From a candidate division WWE3 bacterium (GTDB taxonomy: Bacteria > Patescibacteriota > 4484-211 > GCA-002791395), in contig JAAXWF010000002.1 of the NCBI GenBank assembly GCA_013335095.1, forward strand, positions 205,566 through 269,565: a DNA stretch of 64,000 nt. Direction: 5' to 3'. Shown here piece by piece: positions 10,450-19,238 of the stretch. Under the pieces are notes generated by a model that was not told the DNA's origin, did no database searches, and was given only the letters and a program-made list of their open reading frames with translations. Each line of letters begins with the position of its first letter. Within the stretch, counting starts at the first letter, position 1. The translations under genes and the position numbers were made by a program.

Positions 10450-10755
10450 ATGCTCATCACCATGGCATCGGATTATCCGATAGGAACGATCGTTCATGAT
10501 AGATTCTGTGTGGTTGGACCACCAATTGAGGTTGCTGAGTGGCGATTAACTCACGCAGTGGGGTCTATAGTCGTAAATACCAGGACCGGAACGGTAATCA
10601 AACTCACTGATCATCCGATCCGCATCGAAATAGTCGCAACGGACACGTTTGCTGAGTCGATAGGAATTGGACCAGGAACAATCCTCCCCATCACCGACGA
10701 TGTGCTGGTTGCACCGGTAGAAGCGGTCGAGATCGCCGAAAACGTTAACGGATAA
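10450..10755 (+). CDS. Orphan hypothetical protein (SD-led unit), paralog of the 9604 C-terminal domain
   Basis: AGGAGG SD; TGATACAAT upstream; hairpin 10770-10795 downstream. Confidence 0.7.
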   Translation: MLITMASDYPIGTIVHDRFCVVGPPIEVAEWRLTHAVGSIVVNTRTGTVIKLTDHPIRIEIVATDTFAESIGIGPGTILPITDDVLVAPVEAVEIAENVNG

Positions 10756-10798
10756 AAAATACGCATAGACACCGGGAGTAGAAATACTTCCGGTGATA

Positions 10799-11422
10799 TT
10801 AATGAAGGCCCAAGCTTTGAGATAATCGGTTTTTATCAAATCCAATAATGAATTCAGAATCGGCGTCGGTGTAGGTGATTTCGGTAACAGGTACTCCCAT
10901 TTGTCCGGTCTTTTTTACCATTTCTTCGGCGGCTTCACGACTCTGATCTACGTACACTACTTCGTGATCAATTTCTTTCTCATCAAGCCATTTCTTTTCC
11001 ATCACGCAATACGGACAGGTTTGAGTTGAATACAAAATAACTTTCTCAGGCTTTAGAGCTTCGACCTTGGCGGCGGTGTGCACAACTTCACGAAGTAGAT
11101 TATCAAACGTTGCAACGAGTGGAGATAATTCTGGCCGGCGAACAACCATCCCAACAAGTTCGGCCAAACCAACCCCAACCGAAACGGTATTAGAATCATT
11201 TAATACCGTAACAAGAGAGGGGATAAGCCCAATTGCATTTTTGTCGATCTTGATAATTTGCTCAAAAATTTCTGGATGGACAATTGATAATAATTCACCG
11301 TGTTGATTTGATAAAGTGGTCGCACCGACAACTACAAATCCGCTCTTTTCCAACGCGATGCGTGTTTGCTGAAGTGTTTCGCTAAATGATTGTGTACTGT
11401 TTCGATAATATGCAATATTCAT
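10799..11422 (-). CDS. DUF302-like domain fused to a glutaredoxin (NrdH/YruB-like) domain
   Basis: C-terminal TCPYC...GQMGVPV...IIGFD; N-terminal SFSETLQQTRIALEKSGF. Confidence 0.75.
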   Translation of the reverse strand: MNIAYYRNSTQSFSETLQQTRIALEKSGFVVVGATTLSNQHGELLSIVHPEIFEQIIKIDKNAIGLIPSLVTVLNDSNTVSVGVGLAELVGMVVRRPELSPLVATFDNLLREVVHTAAKVEALKPEKVILYSTQTCPYCVMEKKWLDEKEIDHEVVYVDQSREAAEEMVKKTGQMGVPVTEITYTDADSEFIIGFDKNRLSQSLGLH

Positions 11423-11426
11423 AAAT

Positions 11427-11699
11427 TTATTCTGTTTGTGTTGTTATAAAATCTAAAAGCTGTTTGCTCACCGTTACCAAAGATTGATCGGCGATTTCAT
11501 AATACATTTCTCGACCATCTCGCGTGGCTTTTATTAGTCCCGCCTCCCGCAACTTCTCAAGATGTTGAGATACGGCTGATTGAGCCAGTCCACAATGATT
11601 GATCAGCTCGGTAACATTTTTCTTCCGTTCATCTAAGCACAAAATCAGCCGCAATCTTGTTTCGTTGGCTAATGCTTTTAGACGGACGTTGTGTTCCAC
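11427..11699 (-). CDS. ArsR/SmtB family transcriptional regulator
   Basis: LKALANETRLRLI...QSAVSQHLEKLREAGLI...GREMYY. Confidence 0.92.
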   Translation of the reverse strand: MEHNVRLKALANETRLRLILCLDERKKNVTELINHCGLAQSAVSQHLEKLREAGLIKATRDGREMYYEIADQSLVTVSKQLLDFITTQTE

Positions 11700-11850
11700 T
11701 ACAAAATATTAGCACCTACTAATATTTTGTCAACAACCACTTTAACGCATATGTGATACACATCACATTCCACGATGCCTAAAAATTTGTATAATATGCT
11801 CGCTTTAGCCGCTTTGAAGAAGGGATAGCAAAATACCACAGGAGGCAGCG

Positions 11851-12339
11851 ATGACTGCAACAGTATTAGTGGACAACGCATCTCGCGTATGGCCGTTCGA
11901 GCTCGCCGAAAGCGATATCGAATGTGATGTAGGATGCTGCCTAAACATCGCCCATGCATTTTTCGTAAGGTGCCTAGGAGCCCAGATTGTCGTTCCGATT
12001 GCGGAACGGGAAGGCCAAGCGATCTCGGTAATTCAGCTCCCTGACGGCCAGCGACTGGTTTTAACACCTCGGTGCAGTTGTGAGTTTGTCACCACATCGT
12101 GGCGCACACCAGATCCGCAGCTGCTGATCGTTGAGCTGAACGATCCTCGCCATGCGTGGGTCAGGATCGTCGAGTGGACAACGGCTGTCTTTGGTAATAC
12201 CAATCATGAGCACGGCGGCAATCACGAGCAAACCTATGACTGGCAGGATCTGCCAGGAGATGCGTTTGAGATCGCGATTTACCCGCTCATGAATCGGAAA
12301 CTTGTACTGGTACCAGCACGTGGAGGTGCAACGTGTTAA
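11851..12339 (+). CDS. Orphan hypothetical protein (SD-led unit)
   Basis: AGGAGG SD; TGTATAAT upstream. Confidence 0.65.
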   Translation: MTATVLVDNASRVWPFELAESDIECDVGCCLNIAHAFFVRCLGAQIVVPIAEREGQAISVIQLPDGQRLVLTPRCSCEFVTTSWRTPDPQLLIVELNDPRHAWVRIVEWTTAVFGNTNHEHGGNHEQTYDWQDLPGDAFEIAIYPLMNRKLVLVPARGGATC

Positions 12340-12650
12340 TGCCTCGCCCCATTCAAGGTGTTTTAAACACCCTGCGTTCACGGATTGACCAGGCCGATCA
12401 AGCATTGATCGCCGGGTTAACCGAAGCAACGTTAACAACAGCGCATATGTATGAGCGCTGGTTTGGGCCTGGTGTAATATGGATCGATCCACGGACAAAG
12501 GAGACCGTGTTTCGAACCTGGTGGGAACTGGCACAGTGTCGGCTTAAAGTCGGCAATTTGCCACAGGGCTATCAGGTGGGTCGCGAAACCCTGTATATGG
12601 TCCGGCACTGGTGGGGCGGCGTATCGCTCTACCGAGTAGCCAACCAATAA
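12333..12650 (+). CDS. Orphan hypothetical protein, coupled to the upstream ORF
   Basis: GGAGGT SD; overlaps the upstream stop; terminator at 12687. Confidence 0.6.
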   Translation: MLMPRPIQGVLNTLRSRIDQADQALIAGLTEATLTTAHMYERWFGPGVIWIDPRTKETVFRTWWELAQCRLKVGNLPQGYQVGRETLYMVRHWWGGVSLYRVANQ

Positions 12651-12686
12651 CAGGTAAGTTAAGCGGTAAACGATATAAAAATTCAT

Positions 12687-12715
12687 AGGATGGGGGATAA
12701 TCTCCCATCCTTTTT
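12687..12715 (+). terminator. Intrinsic terminator
   Basis: AGGATGGGGG-ataa-TCTCCCATCCT-TTTT. Confidence 0.75.
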
Positions 12716-12797
12716 GTTATGCGTTTAATTTCCACTATAAGTATGCACAGTTACAGCTTTTATCGACAATCCACCTAAGGACTGATAGTATAAATCG

Positions 12798-14636
12798 ATG
12801 GACGAAGGTTCTCGTCGATTTGAACAAAGACCTCAGCAAGATCAGATAGAGTCAAAAGAAAAATTGATTGAAGAACCGATTGAAGAGCAATCACCTGAAG
12901 AGGCTCCTCACCCTGAAGATCCTAAATGGTGGTATTTACAGCCTTCACCGCAACCATTTCGCGCAGAGCCGGATTTACAGCTTTTAAAATATTCTCGTCC
13001 CTTAGAAAAAGACTCACCAACATATGAACTAGAGCGCCGAGCATATCGAATGAAGATCGAAGAATATAAGCGCAAACTATTATCCCAAAAAGAAGCAGTG
13101 ATTAATTTAGTCCATACAATTCGGGGACGGTCACAAAATGGAGTGCAGATATCCGCCACCGAGTTAAGAGAGTTAGCCCAGCAAGCGGTTACAGAAGGAC
13201 GAATATCGATCGATGAAGCCGCACCGATCGAAAGAGGGATTCAGAATGTGTGGACGCAGCAAGAAGCGGTTCGACAAGCCCATGAACAGTATCCTGAACC
13301 GAATGACTTATTTCGCGCATGCTTTATGATTGAACCGATAGGCAAAGTGGATCTAGTACGATCGGGCTTATCAATTAATTTTGTATTAGACCGCAAAGAT
13401 TTTGACCGAGTCGCTAATCTTAAAAGAAACGCAGACGGTACCTATTCGGTGGCCGAGTCGAGTACGATCACTCCATCAACGACTTTAGGTACGGCATTTA
13501 TACTTTCGAAGCCGCCAATCGAAGGGTTGGAACAGGCGGTGACGATCATCGCGCGAGATAGCGGCGTGATATCGGAGCAAATAACAACTGAGATTATTGA
13601 CCAAGAAGAACGAACGTTTCCAATACATGGGCAGGGGCGCTTCTCGGGAGGCTCATTTTTTGATGAGCATAGGAACCGTGCCGTATTTGTAACCAGTAGC
13701 AGGGATGGAGTTACCACGGATTTTATTTGGGCCAGTACTTCGCGTCCAGGCGAACAGTCGGATCTTCATAAGTATCGACGAATACAGGTAGACGATGCAT
13801 TTACGTGGCAGGAATATACAAGTGATGACCAAGGTAATGAAACAATTGTTGGGACATACAACGAGATAACGACTCCACTTGATCCTCAAAATCCAGAAGC
13901 GGGGATGATAACAATATCAGATGAAGCTATGACGGTGCACGGAGATGGGTCAAAAGAGATAAATGCGTTTGAAAAAGTAGCTTACGTTACGTACGATGAT
14001 ACTAAATTGCACGAAGAGCAACATCACATTAATAAGATGTTTAAACCTCACGAATCCAATCCGCGGGAAAATCCGATGAATTCAGCAGAATTAGTCGCGA
14101 CTCGATATGAAACTGCTGACGAACAACTTCAGGCTTTAGTAGAGAGAATCGCAAATTATGAACGCCGTCGTCAGTTGTCGGTTACAACTCGCGGGAGAGA
14201 TGAGTTATTGGCGATGTTGGCTGGTGGGGACAATGCCGATTTTATTGAGGCAACATTAACACTTCCAGATGGACCATATGACTATGCCAGGACAAATCAT
14301 TCAGTGTCGGGACAGCGCTGGCAAATAGTGGCAGATTCGCACAGATTTTATGCAGATTTAAATTTTGAACGTAAGAAGCAAGGACAACCAGAGTTAAATC
14401 AGGAAGGATTTTCGCGAGATGATTTTAAGCAACGATTAATTGAGGCAATTGATCATGACTGGTCCGAAGGTTATTTTGAAGATGTTAAAGAGTGGTGTGG
14501 AGCGGTTAAGCGAATGGAGGCAAAAGGGTATTCGCGTGATGAGGTGGTTGATATTTTGTATACCGAGCCAACGAAACGTTGGGTCGCCTTGAGTCGTCGG
14601 CTGCCTGATCAGAATCCAACAACTTCACAACCTTAA
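12798..14636 (+). CDS. Large hypothetical protein with HExxH motif (possible zincin-like domain)
   Basis: 612-aa ORF; LHEEQHH followed by RDELLA; acidic low-complexity N-terminus. Confidence 0.6.
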   Translation: MDEGSRRFEQRPQQDQIESKEKLIEEPIEEQSPEEAPHPEDPKWWYLQPSPQPFRAEPDLQLLKYSRPLEKDSPTYELERRAYRMKIEEYKRKLLSQKEAVINLVHTIRGRSQNGVQISATELRELAQQAVTEGRISIDEAAPIERGIQNVWTQQEAVRQAHEQYPEPNDLFRACFMIEPIGKVDLVRSGLSINFVLDRKDFDRVANLKRNADGTYSVAESSTITPSTTLGTAFILSKPPIEGLEQAVTIIARDSGVISEQITTEIIDQEERTFPIHGQGRFSGGSFFDEHRNRAVFVTSSRDGVTTDFIWASTSRPGEQSDLHKYRRIQVDDAFTWQEYTSDDQGNETIVGTYNEITTPLDPQNPEAGMITISDEAMTVHGDGSKEINAFEKVAYVTYDDTKLHEEQHHINKMFKPHESNPRENPMNSAELVATRYETADEQLQALVERIANYERRRQLSVTTRGRDELLAMLAGGDNADFIEATLTLPDGPYDYARTNHSVSGQRWQIVADSHRFYADLNFERKKQGQPELNQEGFSRDDFKQRLIEAIDHDWSEGYFEDVKEWCGAVKRMEAKGYSRDEVVDILYTEPTKRWVALSRRLPDQNPTTSQP

Positions 14637-15466
14637 GCAGCAGATATGTATGCCGGTGGAGTTTTCTTTCCTTGGTTTTGTTCGTGGACAATTTGATGGA
14701 GTTTTTCCCAATCGAGTCGATACATGAGTCTGTTTGGTTTATTGATGGCATCTTGGAGTATGAATCCTGATTTTTCTACGATTCGTTTTGATGCGTCGTT
14801 TTGGGGGTCGATGTAGGCGATTACTTCGGTGATGGGGTGTGAGTAGCGTTGCGTTAGTTCGGCTTCGAAGGTTTGTCGATCGGCTAGTTCATCTTCGATG
14901 GTGTACTGGGGATTTTCGGTGCGTTTTTGCTGAAGTTGTTTTTCAAATTTGGCTTTTGCGTTTGATTCACGTTTTACGTCTCCAAGAGCAGTGGCGCGGG
15001 ATAGCATTAAGCACGATGCAATGACTCCGTCAACCATGCTGCCGCCGTGACTTTCGGGAGCACGGGCGTAGGTGATCGAGAAGACCGGAGTTTCTTCTGG
15101 TTCGATGTCTTGTTTTTCGGCGAGGTATCGTTTGGTTTGGAGGTCGGGAGCAAAGTAGACGATGCCGTCGATTTCACCGGTATGCTCGGTGGATTGTTCG
15201 GGAGTTTCGGTTACGGCGTAGCTTATGATGCCGGCTTCATCACTGGCGATCATTTGTTGAACTTCGTCGCTTAATGGTTCGCCTAAAAACTGTTCGGCGT
15301 TTGGGCTGCTAAATGATTCATGCATCCGGCGCATATCCTCGGGGTTTGAGGCATCGATTCGGCGTACAGCGGCCCGACCGACTCCAACAAATTCCCACTG
15401 AGTGCGTGGCTTTTCGGTCGATGATTCCTGTTTTGATTCTGGGGATTTGTATGTTTCGTTGTGCAT
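14633..15466 (-). CDS. GNAT (RimJ/RimL-like) fold protein
   Basis: VIAYIDPQNDASKRIVEKSGF matches the N-x-x-S...EK-GF motif. Confidence 0.55.
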   Translation of the reverse strand: MHNETYKSPESKQESSTEKPRTQWEFVGVGRAAVRRIDASNPEDMRRMHESFSSPNAEQFLGEPLSDEVQQMIASDEAGIISYAVTETPEQSTEHTGEIDGIVYFAPDLQTKRYLAEKQDIEPEETPVFSITYARAPESHGGSMVDGVIASCLMLSRATALGDVKRESNAKAKFEKQLQQKRTENPQYTIEDELADRQTFEAELTQRYSHPITEVIAYIDPQNDASKRIVEKSGFILQDAINKPNRLMYRLDWEKLHQIVHEQNQGKKTPPAYISAA

Positions 15467-15560
15467 AGTATTTATCCTACACCTTTATGCACATGAGAGT
15501 GCTCGTCGGTTTTTTATAGTACGATAGTAAATAACAATAAAAGGGAGTACTATAAAGACA

Positions 15561-16112
15561 ATGCTCCTCCCTTCTAAATGGATGTATGGTTTGATTGGTT
15601 TTTCGATACTTACAATAACTCTTGTTTCAGGTGCGATATATAAACAAAGTACAAATAATACGGAACAAGAACCACTACATCAAACAGAATCAAAAATCCA
15701 AGGGTTGCGTACGGTAAATAATGACAGTGATTCTGGAGATAGTGCACAGGATATTGATGAGAGTGCCATAGAACAAGACTCCCTTGAACCTACAATTACG
15801 GATATGCCCACCATAACGCCGATCCCAACCGATCAACCACCAACAGTTACGGCGATAAATACTCCAGTACCGACCAATACCCCGAGACTACAACCGACTG
15901 CAATCCCAACAGTAGTACCGACGAATACACCACGTCCGATTGAGCCAACGGCAAGACAAGCTGCGTATGTGTGTGACTGTAGTAAAACGTGTAAACAAAT
16001 TAGCACTTGCCAAGAAGCGCAATATCAATTGACCACGTGTAACTGCACCGCTAGAGATGGTGATGATGATGGAATTGCTTGCGACGGTGCGCCTCTGAAT
16101 TGTCAAAGATAA
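15561..16112 (+). CDS. Membrane-anchored excalibur-type Ca-binding domain protein
   Basis: TM helix, PT linker, CSKTCKQISTCQEA...RDGDDDGIACD. Confidence 0.8.
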   Translation: MLLPSKWMYGLIGFSILTITLVSGAIYKQSTNNTEQEPLHQTESKIQGLRTVNNDSDSGDSAQDIDESAIEQDSLEPTITDMPTITPIPTDQPPTVTAINTPVPTNTPRLQPTAIPTVVPTNTPRPIEPTARQAAYVCDCSKTCKQISTCQEAQYQLTTCNCTARDGDDDGIACDGAPLNCQR

Positions 16113-16130
16113 AGTGTATAATCCCAAATA

Positions 16131-16490
16131 ATGAGTTCAAGTAATGACCAATTAACTTTACGAATTCGTCGAATCATTGATTTTAGAGATGCTCGTGACT
16201 GGAAGCAGTTTCATAATCCAAAAGATATATCAATTTCTCTTGTTCTTGAAGCGACCGAAGTCTTGGAACATTTTCAATGGAAAAATAAAGAAGAGATGGA
16301 AGAACACATTAAAAAAAATAAAGATTCTATAGGGGAGGAACTTGCCGATGTACTCTACTGGATTCTATTGATGTGCCATGATCTTAAAATAGATATATTA
16401 GCTGCACTTGACGATAAACTAAAAAAAAATGAACAAAAATACCCAGTAGAAAAGGCAAGAGGAAACCATACCAAATACAACAAGTTATGA
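16131..16490 (+). CDS. MazG-like nucleotide pyrophosphohydrolase (dCTPase/RS21-C6 type)
   Basis: FRDARDWKQFHNPKD...EATEVLE...EELADV...KNEQKYP. Confidence 0.92.
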   Translation: MSSSNDQLTLRIRRIIDFRDARDWKQFHNPKDISISLVLEATEVLEHFQWKNKEEMEEHIKKNKDSIGEELADVLYWILLMCHDLKIDILAALDDKLKKNEQKYPVEKARGNHTKYNKL

Positions 16491-18343
16491 TACTTTACCA
16501 AGGTTTAGTAAGCGAATTCACAGAGATAATCGAAAATAACCAAATAATACCTACACTTGAAAAAGAATTTAAAAACAAACTTGGTAGAAAATTACCACCG
16601 AATGAATTTAGTGCCTATACGAACTCGTTATCATTTATAGAAAGAATAATCCGTAAATCAAAGGTAGAGAGTAATTGTGGTGTTTTAATTGAATATATTA
16701 TTCCTTCGACTTCAAATCGAATAGATTTCATAATTACGGGATTGAATCAAAATAAAGCAGAAAACTTTATAATTATTGAACTGAAGCAATGGCAGCAAGC
16801 TGAGGCAACAGAACTTGAAAGTTTAGTAACGACGATGTTAGGAGGGAAATTTAAGGATACAGTTCATCCAAGTTATCAAGCGTCATCGTATAAACAGTTC
16901 TTAAATGATTTTAACCCTCACATCTCAGATGGATCCGTTATAGCGAATGCTTGTGCGTACTTACATAATTATCGAAGAAGTGAATACGAACCGCTATTAG
17001 AGCCCCAATATTCCCACGTTGTGAAAGATGCGCCCCTATTCTTTCAGGGGGACACGGATAAGCTAGCCGATTATATAAATGGTAAAGTGGGCTTAGGAAA
17101 CGGGGCTGCGATCATAGACAAAATAGAGCATGGACCGACTAAACCAAGTAAAAAGCTGATTTCTCATGTATCAAAAATAATAAAAGGTAACAAGGAATTT
17201 ATTTTATTAGATGATCAAAAAGTCGCCTATGAAAAAGCATTGTATTTCGCTCGAAAACCAGAAGATAAATCAGTAATAATAATAAAAGGCGGTCCAGGAA
17301 CAGGAAAATCGGTTATTGCAGTAAATTTACTCGCACAATTATTGAAAGATCAAAGGAATGCTATTTTTGTTGCACCAAATGCATCATTTAGAGAGGTTTT
17401 AGTAAAAAAGCTGGCCCAAGAACATTCGCTAATACGTTTGAAAAATTTATTTAAAGGCTCTAGCGGTTTTGTCGAGATTGAACCAAATACATTTGACGCA
17501 TTAATTGTTGATGAGGCACATCGGCTCAAGCAAAAAGGCGCATTTATGTATCATGGCGATAATCAAATAGAGGATATCGTTAGAAAGTCTAAAACTTCTG
17601 TATTCTTCATTGATGATGATCAGATCATCAGGCCGGATGATGTTGGATCTGTTTCCGAAATTAAAAAAATTGCAGAATTGTATGATGCTAAGGTAGAGGA
17701 GATTGAATTAACAGCACAATTTCGATGCTCTGGAGCTGAGGGCTACATTAACTGGATTAATGATGTTTTACATATAAAAGAGACTGCAAACTTCAATGGT
17801 TGGGATAAATCAACGTTTGATTTTAAAATATTTGACGACCCTAATGAGTTACGTCAAGCAATATTAGAAAAACATAACCAAGGTAACTATTCTCGTATTT
17901 TAGCAGGATATGCGTGGAAATGGTCTTTAGCTAATGAAGGTAATGGAAATGCTGAGATAGAAGATATTGAAATACCTGAATTTGACTTTAAAATGCCTTG
18001 GAACTCAAGGAAGGTCGGTTCGACATGGGCTTTGGATACAGACGGAATCCATCAAGCAGGTTGTATCCATACATCCCAAGGCCTAGAGTTTGACTATGTA
18101 GGTGTCATTGTCGGTAAGGATTTAACTTTCAGTTTTGACACGTATTCATACTCAACGAGCGTGATTGAATATAAAGATGTTGCTGGTAAAAAAGGATTAA
18201 AAGATAGACCTGATGAACTAAATAAATATGTCCGCAACATATATAAAACATTAATGACGCGAGGAATAAAAGGATGCTACGTCTATTTCATGGATGTAAA
18301 TGTAAAAAATCATTTTAAAAATAGGCTTCAAAACTCGCATTAA
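16487..18343 (+). CDS. DUF2075 (Schlafen group 3-like) helicase with N-terminal PD-(D/E)xK-like nuclease
   Basis: RIDF...IIELKQW; Walker A GGPGTGKS; Walker B IVDEAH; QFRC; SQGLEFDY; LMTRG; ATGA overlap with the MazG-like gene. Confidence 0.88.
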   Translation: MILYQGLVSEFTEIIENNQIIPTLEKEFKNKLGRKLPPNEFSAYTNSLSFIERIIRKSKVESNCGVLIEYIIPSTSNRIDFIITGLNQNKAENFIIIELKQWQQAEATELESLVTTMLGGKFKDTVHPSYQASSYKQFLNDFNPHISDGSVIANACAYLHNYRRSEYEPLLEPQYSHVVKDAPLFFQGDTDKLADYINGKVGLGNGAAIIDKIEHGPTKPSKKLISHVSKIIKGNKEFILLDDQKVAYEKALYFARKPEDKSVIIIKGGPGTGKSVIAVNLLAQLLKDQRNAIFVAPNASFREVLVKKLAQEHSLIRLKNLFKGSSGFVEIEPNTFDALIVDEAHRLKQKGAFMYHGDNQIEDIVRKSKTSVFFIDDDQIIRPDDVGSVSEIKKIAELYDAKVEEIELTAQFRCSGAEGYINWINDVLHIKETANFNGWDKSTFDFKIFDDPNELRQAILEKHNQGNYSRILAGYAWKWSLANEGNGNAEIEDIEIPEFDFKMPWNSRKVGSTWALDTDGIHQAGCIHTSQGLEFDYVGVIVGKDLTFSFDTYSYSTSVIEYKDVAGKKGLKDRPDELNKYVRNIYKTLMTRGIKGCYVYFMDVNVKNHFKNRLQNSH

Positions 18344-18357
18344 ATAATCAAGCCCAC

Positions 18358-18382
18358 AAAAAAAGCCCAATAAGGGCTTTTT
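18358..18382. terminator. Bidirectional intrinsic terminator
   Basis: A-tract-GCCC-aataa-GGGC-T-tract. Confidence 0.7.
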
Positions 18383-18384
18383 CC

Positions 18385-18449
18385 GACCACGTTCCTAGGT
18401 AGGATGTCCCAACCACGCCACCGTCCGGTGACAGTTCGGAATACAGGTC
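18385..18449 (-). ncRNA. Candidate 65-nt three-way-junction small RNA
   Basis: GACC/GGUC and UUCC/GGAA closing stems plus two internal hairpins with G-U pairs on the minus strand; -10-like TGATAAT upstream; terminator directly downstream. Confidence 0.45.
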
Positions 18450-18504
18450 TTTGTAATTATCATTATAAAGTATTGTGGCAAAGCCCAAACTAATCCCATA
18501 GCAT

Positions 18505-18533
18505 TTGACGGCTCACAACTCCCATACTATAAT
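18505..18533 (+). promoter_or_regulatory. Sigma70-type promoter
   Basis: TTGACG-17 nt-TATAAT. Confidence 0.75.
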
Positions 18534-18581
18534 CAATTGACCGATTTTCGTGGGCATTCGTGCCCCTACACGGGAGGGATT

Positions 18582-19187
18582 ATGTCCCAGAGCTACGTGA
18601 CCGACGGTCAACGCGGTGTCGTAAAACCCCTGGATCTGGACCCGTATGTCCAGATGTTCATGACCATGCGGCGGATTTTGGCCAACGCCTCTGACAACGA
18701 TGCACAGCAGATCATCCGCGCACAGCTCGAGCTTCTAAGAAGCGCCGAGATTGGACGCATCGAAACGATCTTTAGCGCGTTCATGGCCCGGAACATCCTC
18801 AATACCGCAATCCCGGAAATTCTCCTTGGCATGATCAAGGGGAATACGAAGGACGCGTGGTATATAAGGGAACCAGCTCCACCGGTGCCCGATCCGCGGG
18901 AGGCGGTTGAGCCGATCGACCTGGCACCAATCGTTGAACTCCTCATGACCTTACACGCTAGAGCAGGGGGGTACAGCGAAGATGAAACTAGGGCCGAAAT
19001 CCGTGGCCAACTCACCGACACGCTACGACAGGAGCGGGAGCGAATCCAGCTTCTGATTCGGGGCTTGCAAACGGGCACGGGAGCAAACCTCCACCCACTT
19101 CAAGCACTCGAGCTTCTCCATAAAGCGCTTGAAGGAAAATCCATCGAGATATTTCTAGGCGACGGCCAGATCGGCCCGATCCTGTAA
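18582..19187 (+). CDS. Orphan helical protein with internal tandem duplication (SD-led unit)
   Basis: GGGAGG SD before ATG 18582; repeats VKPLDLDP..MT..IRAQL and VEPIDLAP..MT..IRGQL; hairpin 19208-19234. Confidence 0.7.
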   Translation: MSQSYVTDGQRGVVKPLDLDPYVQMFMTMRRILANASDNDAQQIIRAQLELLRSAEIGRIETIFSAFMARNILNTAIPEILLGMIKGNTKDAWYIREPAPPVPDPREAVEPIDLAPIVELLMTLHARAGGYSEDETRAEIRGQLTDTLRQERERIQLLIRGLQTGTGANLHPLQALELLHKALEGKSIEIFLGDGQIGPIL

Positions 19188-19238
19188 CCAAAGCCAACAA
19201 AACAAACGGTGTCCACTCATCATGGGTGGGCACCAACT

